From assembly GCA_963749495.1 (NCBI GenBank), contig CAVVMW010000006.1:128001-192000 (forward strand): a stretch of 64,000 nucleotides of DNA, given 5' to 3'. This document shows positions 53,886-62,199 of this stretch, piece after piece. Under the pieces are notes generated by a model. It did no database searches. It was not told the DNA's origin and was given only the letters and a program-made list of their open reading frames with translations. Origin of the DNA: an uncultured bacterium. Lineage in GTDB: Bacteria; Verrucomicrobiota; Verrucomicrobiia; Limisphaerales; UBA8199. Position 1 is the stretch's first letter. The number at the start of each line of letters is the position of its first letter. The position numbers were made by a program, and so were the translations under genes.

Positions 53886-55246
53886 GAGCCTTTTGCAAAA
53901 CGAAAGAGGAAGGAGACAAAGTCGATCCAGGGTTGGACGTTGGGAAGGCAGGTGTCTATTCATTGAACTGGCTTGGCGCCCCGCTTGGAACGAAAACGGC
54001 CCGCAAGCCGGCAGGCAGGGGTTCTCAGGCGATACGCCTCCCATCACGCCCCTGGTGGAGCGCGGGCCATTGGCATGGAAAGTGGGGATGTCAACACAAG
54101 CGAGCCCAGATGCCCAAGGTGGCAACCGCCAAGACTCCGAACATCAAATGGCACATGACCTTGGCGGCTCCTCGCACATGCACCGTCCGGGCCCCAAACT
54201 CCTCTTTCAGCCGGCCGTTAACTCGCTCGCTGGCAGTGCGCTGCTTATAGCGTTGGCGCTCCGCCGGATCCAGCGGCACGAAGCCCTCCCGTTCCTTGGG
54301 ATCAATAATTGGCACGTGTCCCAAGCCCCGACAAAAGTCCTTGATGAAGTGCGCGTCGTAGGCCGAGTCCATCAGTTCATAGAGCGCCTGAACCCGTTGG
54401 GCGCTCTGCTGCGCCAGGGGAATAGCAACCTGACTATCATGCAGGCTGGCACTGGTCAGCACCGCACCGATGGGAATATCCCCGTCAATCACGTCCAGGT
54501 GCAGTTTGTAGCCTCGCCACCAGGTCTTGTAACCCTTGGCATCGGTCTTACACCCTATATCGCATCCCCGCGGCAGGTCGGCCAGGTTCTGCTCCAGCGA
54601 GCGGGCCATCTGGATCTCCAGCTTCGTACGAGGCGGGCGCACCTCACCTTTCTTGGGCCGCCAGGCCTTGCCAGGGGGCGGAGCAACCATCTCCGGCTTG
54701 GTCGCCTTGCGCTCCGGCACACTAATGGCCGTGCTGTCCCGGCTGATGTGCCCCACCAGCTTGGGCCGACAGTGTATCTCCACCAACGCCGCGTGGATTT
54801 GCTGCGGCAATTCGTCGGCGGCAAACACGCTAAAGGCCCGCGAGAAAGTCGAGCGCTCCGGCAACTGGCCCAAGCTTTCCCAGCCGCAGAGCCGCCGCAG
54901 CGTGGGGCGAGCGTTCAAGGCATCGATCAATGCTTCGGTCGTGGCAAATCCATAAACGGCTTTGGCGATAAAGGCGTGCAGCACCCAGACCCGCTCATGG
55001 GGAGGTCGCCCCTGCCCACATCCCTCGTAACGAAGCAGAAAACGTCCCAAAGGCAGCAGCGAAATTACCTCGACAAATTGCTGGTCCTTGGCCCCCAAGG
55101 ACCCGAGTTCCTCGGTCAAAACCGGGAAAAGTTGGCGTTGGAGGTGTTGCCACAGGTCAGGCAGGTCAGGCATATGCGTGGTTTGATCCATCTGCCGACC
55201 AGATTATTCAAGAATCCTGCAACTTTCCGACTTTTGCAAAAGGCTC
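53886..55246 (-). mobile_element. IS copy 2, intact
   Basis: Same inverted repeats, AGCA flanks, intact 366-aa ORF. Confidence 0.93.
54091..55191 (-). CDS. DDE transposase
   Basis: SRDSTAI, GYKLHL, HDSQ, MDSAYD, RYKQRTASERVNGRLK. Confidence 0.93.
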   Translation of the reverse strand: MDQTTHMPDLPDLWQHLQRQLFPVLTEELGSLGAKDQQFVEVISLLPLGRFLLRYEGCGQGRPPHERVWVLHAFIAKAVYGFATTEALIDALNARPTLRRLCGWESLGQLPERSTFSRAFSVFAADELPQQIHAALVEIHCRPKLVGHISRDSTAISVPERKATKPEMVAPPPGKAWRPKKGEVRPPRTKLEIQMARSLEQNLADLPRGCDIGCKTDAKGYKTWWRGYKLHLDVIDGDIPIGAVLTSASLHDSQVAIPLAQQSAQRVQALYELMDSAYDAHFIKDFCRGLGHVPIIDPKEREGFVPLDPAERQRYKQRTASERVNGRLKEEFGARTVHVRGAAKVMCHLMFGVLAVATLGIWARLC

Positions 55247-55387
55247 AGCAGGTTTGGAAACCTGCGCTACGCTGGCGCCCTTGGCGCAATGGCGCGGCGA
55301 GCGACTTTGTCAATGGCCCTGCCTGGTTCTGGAGGCCAATGCGAATCGGTATTGACGGAACCGCCTCCGTTGCAGAACACTCCGCCC

Positions 55388-56722
55388 ATGTGCGCGCATC
55401 AGAGCCGGTTGGCCCGCCTTTGGCGGAGCTTCGAGTTCTTCCTCATCTTTCTAACGGCCGTTGGCCAGGCGCTGGGCCAGGAGGCGGCACGGACCCAGGA
55501 GGGCCTCACCGAGCAACCGCGCCATGGCCTCCTGACCAGTGCAAAAGCTGATGGCAGCGCCGACACCACCGCCGCGATTCAACAATCCCTCGACGAAGCT
55601 GCCAAGACCGGAGGGCCGGTCTGCCTGCCGCCAGGCCGGTTCCTGGTCCGAGGCAGCCTGAGGATTCCCCCTGGCGTGACGCTCCAGGGCGTCATGGAAT
55701 CGCCGGTCTGGAGTGAGCCCTTGAAAGGCTCAATCATCCTGGCCACGGGTGGGCGCGGGCAGGAGGATGGGCCGGCCCTCTTCGAGATGAACCATTCCTC
55801 CGCTGTGCGCGGCCTGACGGTTTGGTATCCCGAGCAGAAGACCACCAACATCGTCCCTTACGCCTGGACCTTCCACCTTCAGGGCCACGACAACACGGTC
55901 GAAAACGTCACGCTCATCAATTCCTACAACGGCATCCGCATCGGCCCGGAGGGCAACGTCCGGCACCGCATCCGCAGCGTGTACGGCTGCGTCCTGCGCC
56001 GCGGCATCTTCGTGGACACCTGCAGCGACATCGGCCGCATCGAGAACGTTCAGTTCCACTGCCATTGGTGGTCGGCCCCGGAGGTTGGAGGAGACTGGAA
56101 ACCCGTGCATGAGTTCATGTGGAAGAACTGCGAGGCATTCATCTTTGGCCGCACGGACTGGGAGTATGTCAACAACACCTTCGTCTTTCCGGTCAAATAC
56201 GGCTACCACTTTATCGCGACCAAGTCGGGCGCTGCCAACGGCCAGTTTTCGGGCATCGGCGCCGATGAATCCCAGGTGTGCGTGAAGGTGGACGAAATCC
56301 AGCCGATGGGCCTGCTGATCTCCAACGGCCAGTTCGTCTGCATGCACGGCGACCAGCGCATCGAGGTGCTGGTGGAAAAGACCTGCGACGGCTCGGTCCG
56401 GCTGGTCAATTGTGCTTTCTGGGGGCCTGCGCGCCAATGCGTGGTCTCTCACAGCCGCAGCTTTGTTTCCTTGTCTGATTGCTACCTCAGCAGCACCGGC
56501 CGGGAGAAAAACCCGGGGATGTTCCTCGTCGAAGCGGATGGCGGGCGGTTGCAGGTGCGCGGGTGCAGCTTCGGCACGGATGAGCCGGGCATCGCTTTGC
56601 GCAGGGGCCTCAAGCACGCCATCATCACCGAGAACAATGGCGTGCGAGGCGTCGAAATTCTCAATGAACTTGGCGCTGAAGCCGTCATTGCGAACAACGA
56701 GCCACAGCGCAACGGCAAATAG
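55388..56722 (+). CDS. Right-handed beta-helix (pectate lyase 3/GH55-like) protein
   Basis: ADGSADTTAAIQQSLD..GG.V.LPPGRF; ENVTLINSYNGI. Confidence 0.85.
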   Translation: MCAHQSRLARLWRSFEFFLIFLTAVGQALGQEAARTQEGLTEQPRHGLLTSAKADGSADTTAAIQQSLDEAAKTGGPVCLPPGRFLVRGSLRIPPGVTLQGVMESPVWSEPLKGSIILATGGRGQEDGPALFEMNHSSAVRGLTVWYPEQKTTNIVPYAWTFHLQGHDNTVENVTLINSYNGIRIGPEGNVRHRIRSVYGCVLRRGIFVDTCSDIGRIENVQFHCHWWSAPEVGGDWKPVHEFMWKNCEAFIFGRTDWEYVNNTFVFPVKYGYHFIATKSGAANGQFSGIGADESQVCVKVDEIQPMGLLISNGQFVCMHGDQRIEVLVEKTCDGSVRLVNCAFWGPARQCVVSHSRSFVSLSDCYLSSTGREKNPGMFLVEADGGRLQVRGCSFGTDEPGIALRRGLKHAIITENNGVRGVEILNELGAEAVIANNEPQRNGK

Positions 56723-56788
56723 AGAGGGTTGGAATAACCTCCCACTCGGCGCTTGCGATTCCGGCCAAACGGGGCATAGTACTGGTGT

Positions 56789-57076
56789 ATGGGCATGACC
56801 GCTTTCCCCGAATGGGTTCAGTCTCAGAAACTGGTCTCCGAACTCGCGGAGCGACTGGGTGGCGCCTTGAACGAGGCCAACGCCCGGGCCATCCTCGCCG
56901 TTGAGTTGGGCGGGCCCACGCCGGAACGGCGGCGCGAACTGGCCGAAAAGGCCAACGAGGGAGTGCTCAGCGCCGAGGAATTCGCCCAGTACCAGACCTA
57001 CGCCCAGTTGCGCGGGTTGCTGTCTATCCTCCAATCCAAGGCGCGTCTCCACCTGCAGCCTCGGAGCCCGGCATGA
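56789..57076 (+). CDS. Small protein coupled to an HNH nuclease (putative antitoxin)
   Basis: ELAEKANEGVLSAEE..QY; ATGA overlap with the HNH gene. Confidence 0.7.
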   Translation: MGMTAFPEWVQSQKLVSELAERLGGALNEANARAILAVELGGPTPERRRELAEKANEGVLSAEEFAQYQTYAQLRGLLSILQSKARLHLQPRSPA

Positions 57077-57471
57077 CGGCGGGCGAGCGCGAGGCGGTAC
57101 GGCAGCGCGCAGGTGGCCGTTGCGAATATTGCCATCTGCCGGATTTCGCGATGGCCCCGGAGGATTTCCATGTCGAACATGTCATCGCCCGAAAGCATGG
57201 AGGCGAAGATGCCATGGAGAACCTGGCTTGGTCTTGCATCTTCTGCAACCTCTACGAGGGCCCTCACCTCGCCAGGTTCGACCCCGATACCGGGAACCTC
57301 ACCCGCCTATTCAATCCGCGGCAGGATCGCTGGGAGGACCACTTCCGCCTCGACGGTCCCCAAATCCTCAGCCTGACCGCCGTCGGCCGAACTTCGATCT
57401 GGCTGCTCGAGATGAACTCCGGCATTCTCCTCGGCCTCCGCGCCAGCCTCATGCGCGAAGGTCGTTGGTGA
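57073..57471 (+). CDS. HNH endonuclease
   Basis: RAGGRCEYC, HVEHVIARKHGG, NLAWSCIFCN, LFNPRQDRW. Confidence 0.92.
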   Translation: MTAGEREAVRQRAGGRCEYCHLPDFAMAPEDFHVEHVIARKHGGEDAMENLAWSCIFCNLYEGPHLARFDPDTGNLTRLFNPRQDRWEDHFRLDGPQILSLTAVGRTSIWLLEMNSGILLGLRASLMREGRW

Positions 57472-57666
57472 AAAAAATTGTGGTGGGCGGCGTCCCGGTA
57501 GAGAGATTTTCACGTTTCGCCTGGGCCGGAGGACGGTTGCCGTGAACGTCCTGTCGGCCAGAAGCGTTTGACGCTGGTCTCGTGGCGAAAAGCAGCTCGC
57601 CAAATGGACTTGGAAACACCTGGCTGTCGCCCTACTGTTGCACGACGACCAGGCACACGGCAGCCC

Positions 57667-58633
57667 ATGGGCAGAACCGTTTTTGAAAAGTTGCTCTACC
57701 GCGGCGAAAGCGAAACACTTGATTTCAAGGTAGACCAGTACAGCTTCTCCGGCCCAGGCGTGACTGAGGAGGACAAAGGGGAATTGCTCAAGGACATCCT
57801 GGCCTTTGCCAACGCGTGGCGCGATACCGAAGCCTTCATTTTGATCGGGGTTCATCAAGGACAGGGCGTGAAGGCAAGCCCTCTTGGGATCACCAGGCAC
57901 TTGGAGGACACCGCCTTGCACCAATTCACCGATAGCAAAAACGCAAAAGCCGGTTAGGTTCTCTTATGAAGTATTTCGTGCAGATGGTAAGGAGTTCGGC
58001 GTCATAACGATCCCGGTTCAGGAACGACCGCTCTACCTGAAAATGAAATACGGAAAGCTGGAAGGGCAAGTCGTGTACATCCGACGGGGGAGTTCAACAG
58101 GGACTGCAACCCCGGATGAGATCTCCGAGATGGGCAGAAAGTGGTTGCCCGCGGCCGTGTTCGAGGTGCGCACTACTGTTCAGTTGATAATGCCGGCTCC
58201 GCCTGAAGGCACCCTTAAACTTCACGCCTCTTTATTTAACATAGGAAAAGCAACCGCTTACGATACGGCGGTTATCCTCGAGCACCAGCCGAACCCTGGT
58301 TCCCTGCATTTTGAGAATAGCGTTTGGGAATGGAAGCGCGGGGCACCTGATCCTACGCTTTTGTGCAAACACTCGGTTCATCCCGGCATGGAGCAGGTCC
58401 TTGCAAATTGGCAGTTGGGCTCCGCGGAAGTTCCCAGCGAAGATATCATCAATGTTCCCTATGGGAAAAAGGCCGATCCACAGAAACTCGCCGTACGATA
58501 CCGCGGCGAACCGGTATCAATGCGGCTCCACATCTTCGCTCGTGACCAGGCTGAAATCCATGGCTTGGTCCAATACTCCATGAAGGAGATCGAGGCAAAA
58601 ACTGCGAAGCGGTTTACTTGCAGTTCGGTTTAG
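57667..58633 (+). CDS. Schlafen/AlbA_2 domain protein with an unknown C-terminal domain (frameshift at ~57940)
   Basis: GESETLDFK, LLKDILAFAN, ILIGV, YIRRGSST. Confidence 0.85.
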
Positions 58634-58803
58634 CTACCTTTTTTCGCGCATCTGACGGTCTGCAAACTCCTCAAGTCCTGGTGACCCCGCTCTGGTCTCA
58701 TGACCTCTCCCCGCGTCAAAGGTTCAGTGCAAGTCGGGCCGCCATGAAGGGTGCGAGGAACGCGGGCTTGACGCTCGCGCCTTTTGCCCGCACTTTTCCT
58801 TCG

Positions 58804-59064
58804 ATGAAGACGATCACGGCGCGGCAGGCTGGGCGGCAATTTGAGAAGTTCGCAAAGATGGCCAATGGCGGCGAACGCATTCTCGTCACCCACAATGGCC
58901 AGCCTTGGGTTGTCCTCCAGGCACCGCCGCGGGCCAAGCAAGCCCCGCTCGCTGGCCAATGGCCGGATTACCCGGCCCATTGGCGGCAGCATTTCCCGAA
59001 CGGTTTCACTCGCGGACCAACGGCCACGGAGCTGCTGGCCCAAGACAGGGAAGATCGATTTTGA
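58804..59064 (+). CDS. Phd/YefM family antitoxin
   Basis: MKTITAR......F...ANGGERILVTHNGQP. Confidence 0.85.
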   Translation: MKTITARQAGRQFEKFAKMANGGERILVTHNGQPWVVLQAPPRAKQAPLAGQWPDYPAHWRQHFPNGFTRGPTATELLAQDREDRF

Positions 59065-59143
59065 CCAGTTCGTTACCGGTGATCGCCAGCAGCACCAGTT
59101 CGCCCTGGCGGCGGGATACTCCTCGGTCCTTCTGCCGCCATAA
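59061..59143 (+). pseudogene. PIN/VapC toxin stub (C-terminal tail)
   Basis: QFVTGDRQQHQFALAAGYSSVLLPP* directly after the antitoxin stop; matches the PIN tail pattern FVT.D.RQ..LA.AAG. Confidence 0.65.
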
Positions 59144-59146
59144 TCA

Positions 59147-59203
59147 GCGGCATTTTGCCCAACCCTGTGAACGCCGCCAGGAATTCCCCGGTCCAGGTCC
59201 ATA
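59147..59203 (-). pseudogene. Short fragment paralogous to the gene at 60001-61119
   Basis: LWTWTGEFLAAFTGLGKMP versus LWTWTGEFVAACTRLGKMP (about 60619-60675). Confidence 0.8.
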
Positions 59204-59217
59204 GCGCAACATGCTGG

Positions 59218-59377
59218 TCAGGAAGCGGCGACGGCAGGAGGCGCCGCGATGAGTGGCGCAAGGTCGGGGGCGAGATTCTTCCACTCGGTCTCGTTGAAAG
59301 TGTAGATGCGATCCAGGGCCTGTTTTCGTGCCGCTGCCAGGAGCAGCAGGTCATAAATGCGGGCAAACTACGTTCAT
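59218..59377 (-). pseudogene. PIN/VapC toxin stub (start plus C-terminal third)
   Basis: ATG 59377 MNVVC, then out of frame RIYDLLLLAAARKQALDRIYTFNETEWKNLAPDLAPLIAAP. Confidence 0.78.
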
Positions 59378-59658
59378 GGGCGCGAGGTGCACCCCAGCGA
59401 TGACCGCATCAGTTCGTCATCGCGTTCGTCGCGCACCAATCGCACCCAGCCGGCCTCAGGCGCACCCAGTTGGCCCGTAAAGACAAGCAGACCATCTCTG
59501 ACGGCCAGCGCGGGCGGGCGTTCGAAAGCGGTTGGTCCTGCATTCATCGCGCGGCGATGTTCCCGCAGGCCGGCGAGAAACTCCAACACCAGCCTTCGGT
59601 CGGTCTCCGGGAGGGATTCCAACTCATTGACGACCGCTTGAATGGCTTCTTTGCTCAT
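59374..59658 (-). CDS. Putative type II antitoxin
   Basis: LESLPETDRRLVLEFLAGL...RDGLLVFTG..VRDERD; ATGA overlap with the PIN stub. Confidence 0.72.
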   Translation of the reverse strand: MSKEAIQAVVNELESLPETDRRLVLEFLAGLREHRRAMNAGPTAFERPPALAVRDGLLVFTGQLGAPEAGWVRLVRDERDDELMRSSLGCTSRP

Positions 59659-60000
59659 CGTTCAAAGCGTAGCAGATGAGGGTTGCCGCATCAAGGGTTC
59701 AGCCCGAGCCGGGTTCGATTAACAGCGCCGGGCCTGTGCCTCGGGAGTTTTGTCCCGGAGGGACATCTGACAATAGCCCGGCGTTTCAACGCCGGGGAGG
59801 CCAGGAAAGGGACCCTCGTCCCGAAGGGACGACTGAGAAAACTCGCTGCTTTCAGCCGTCCCTTCGGGACGGACCTGCTCTGTGGGTCCACTTACCCGGC
59901 GTTGAAACGCCGGGCTATTGTCGGAAGCCCCTTCGGGGCAAAGAGGCGCCGTGGGCTGACAGACAGTTTTAATCGCACCCGCGCGATCCGCCTGATGGGC

Positions 60001-61119
60001 CTACAGCCCGGGTTTTCCGCGTTCCGAGGCGATGGTCCAGTAGATCGCGGCTTGGATTACGCCGCTGGCCGGCAGAATGGGAATGTCATAGCCCGGGACG
60101 GTGACGCAGCCGTCGGCGAGGGGCCAGGCAGGGGTGATGTAGAGGATGTTGCTGGCGGGTTCGGGCGGTTGGGCGGGCTGAACGTCGAAATAAACGAGCT
60201 TCACTCCCAGCGCTTTGGCCTGGTCGATGAGTTTTTGAGGGGCGAACTGATAGCCGACGTAGAGAACGAATTGTGGAGGGTGGCTGGCATCGAGCAGGTC
60301 TTTATCCTCCCAGGCTGGAACGGCGGCAAGAGTGCCAAGGGGCAGTGAGCGCGGATCCTGCGCGTGGCGGGGAAACATGTGGCCGGTGACCAGTGTTGTC
60401 GCCGAGGTTGCCTGTTTCCACCAACTGGCTGCCTGGAGGATCTTGGGCATTTGGGTGTCGCCGATCTGCGCCAGCATCCGTTCGATCTGGTCCAGATATG
60501 CCCGCCCCAGCACGCCGGCAGGGATGGGCTTGATGGCCAAATCGTCGTGGAACCGCTTGCCTTGGTATTTCTTTCCCCGCTCGGGGCCTCCGGGCAGGCC
60601 ATAACTTTGGTAGAGGACCGGCATTTTGCCCAACCGTGTGCATGCCGCCACGAATTCCCCCGTCCAGGTCCACAGGTCGATGACGTTGGCGACCGTATCG
60701 AGAGGGAAGTGGTTTCTGTATAGTCCGGCCGGAGAGCTGAACTTGATTACCGTCGCGCCTTTCGCCTGACATTGATCGAGGAGCGTGAGGTCTTGAGGAC
60801 CCAGTGAACCCGGCGCGGCATAGAGGATTACGTCGCGGTTGGCGGGGAGCCGCTGGCCTAACGGAGCGATGGCCATCAAACCGCCGGCGCGGCCGCAGGC
60901 CTCCGCGATGAAATCGGCCTGCGGGCCTGCGACCCAGAGATTTCCTCCGGATACGAATTCATTGGCGGCGCGACTCGCGGATGTCGCGAGCGTTGCCAGA
61001 TTGGACCTGGTTTGCACGATTGTGCTCTGGAGGCCGGATAGATAATTGTCCGCCGCCGCCGCGGAGGTCCAGTGAGCATGGCATAGCAGAATGGCCGCAA
61101 GGACGGGGATCTTGTTCAT
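60001..61119 (-). CDS. Secreted hypothetical protein (possibly SIS-like fold)
   Basis: Signal peptide; GGNLWVAG..FIAEACGRAGGL resembles SIS-fold proteins. Confidence 0.7.
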   Translation of the reverse strand: MNKIPVLAAILLCHAHWTSAAAADNYLSGLQSTIVQTRSNLATLATSASRAANEFVSGGNLWVAGPQADFIAEACGRAGGLMAIAPLGQRLPANRDVILYAAPGSLGPQDLTLLDQCQAKGATVIKFSSPAGLYRNHFPLDTVANVIDLWTWTGEFVAACTRLGKMPVLYQSYGLPGGPERGKKYQGKRFHDDLAIKPIPAGVLGRAYLDQIERMLAQIGDTQMPKILQAASWWKQATSATTLVTGHMFPRHAQDPRSLPLGTLAAVPAWEDKDLLDASHPPQFVLYVGYQFAPQKLIDQAKALGVKLVYFDVQPAQPPEPASNILYITPAWPLADGCVTVPGYDIPILPASGVIQAAIYWTIASERGKPGL

Positions 61120-61243
61120 CGGGTGAAGTTTGGAGTCATGACCTGGGATACACAGGGTGGCGAGAGTTGGTCAAGAGGAACGTGGTGGGTCGAGGAGGCT
61201 GAGCTTGACTCAGGGAGGGGTGTCGGGCCAACAATCCCCGGAT

Positions 61244-61865
61244 ATGAAGACGATCTTGATGAGATTATTGCCGTTTGTCCTGGTGGTTTGCCTGGGGTTT
61301 GCGCGGCCGTGCGCGGCGGCGGAGGATGCCAAGGAGGCGGGCTGGGTCTCGTTATTCAACGGCAAGGATTTGAGCGGGTGGGCGCCGGTACACGATGTGA
61401 CATTCGTGGTGACCAACGGGAACCTGCGGTTGGTTCGATGGCATGGGCTGGCTGCGGACCGAGAAACAATACACGGATTTCGTGCTCGAGGCCGAATGGC
61501 GGGCCCTGGTGCCGGGTTACGACAGCGGCTTCTTCGTCCGGGCCGGGTTGGAGGGCAAGCCCTGGCCCAACGACGGCTGGCAGATCAACCTGGCGTCGAG
61601 CGCGCTGGGCGCCCTGGTCAAGGGCTACAAGACCGTGGTGCCGGCGGAGACGCCCCGGATGCCGCTCAACAAGTGGGTCAAGTTCCGCATCGAGGTGCGC
61701 GGCAGGAAGATCACCCTGGACGTTAATGGCGAACGCGCCTGGGAATTCAACGAACTGGACGCCCAGCGCGGCTATATCGGCATCCAAGCCGAGCGCAAGT
61801 CGTTCGACTTCCGCAATATCCGGGTCAAGGAACTGGGCGGCGCGGCGGCCTCCGCAGCCAATTGA
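61244..61865 (+). CDS. DUF1080 protein (frameshift at ~61437)
   Basis: GWVSLFNGKDLSGW + DSGFFVR + GYIGIQAE..FRNIRVKEL. Confidence 0.85.
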
Positions 61866-62199
61866 TCGCCCGTGCAACGACGAATTCGTCATTTCCAGTC
61901 TCACTTCAGGAACGTTCGGGCTGCGGGCGTTTCCGGGTACTGCCTCCGAGCGGGGAGGGAAGCCCACCCCCCTTCCCCCCTCCCATGCGCTCGGCGCGCA
62001 TGGGAGGGGGTGATCCATTTTTGCCACGTACCCAGGGCGGCGGCCCGTCCCGCTCCGAGCGGGACGGGCCTTGCCCTGGGCTATTATCTACTGCCCCTCC
62101 GGGGCAGAAGAGTGCCGCGCTCCGCGCGGGCAAAGGAATTCGGGGGCGGTGTCGGCATGCGCCTGCCCCATGCTCCCGCCCCTGCCTTCTTAATTTCCT

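Larger units (their letters stand above)
52388..55320. mobile_element. MITE-like shell with 19-bp terminal inverted repeats enclosing a REP and the IS dimer
   Basis: AGGGCCGTTGACAAAGTCG (52388-52406) versus CGACTTTGTCAATGGCCCT (55302-55320), 18/19 match; CCTGGTTCTGG duplicated at 52377-52387 and 55322-55332. Confidence 0.75.

Noticed and set aside
52888..55551. 887-aa plus-strand ORF
   Set aside because: Antisense shadow of the two transposase copies.
7430..61445. Programmed frameshifting or phase variation at about ten single-base frameshifts
   Set aside because: They are scattered across unrelated genes without consistent slippery motifs; sequencing or assembly error is more likely, though untested without reads.
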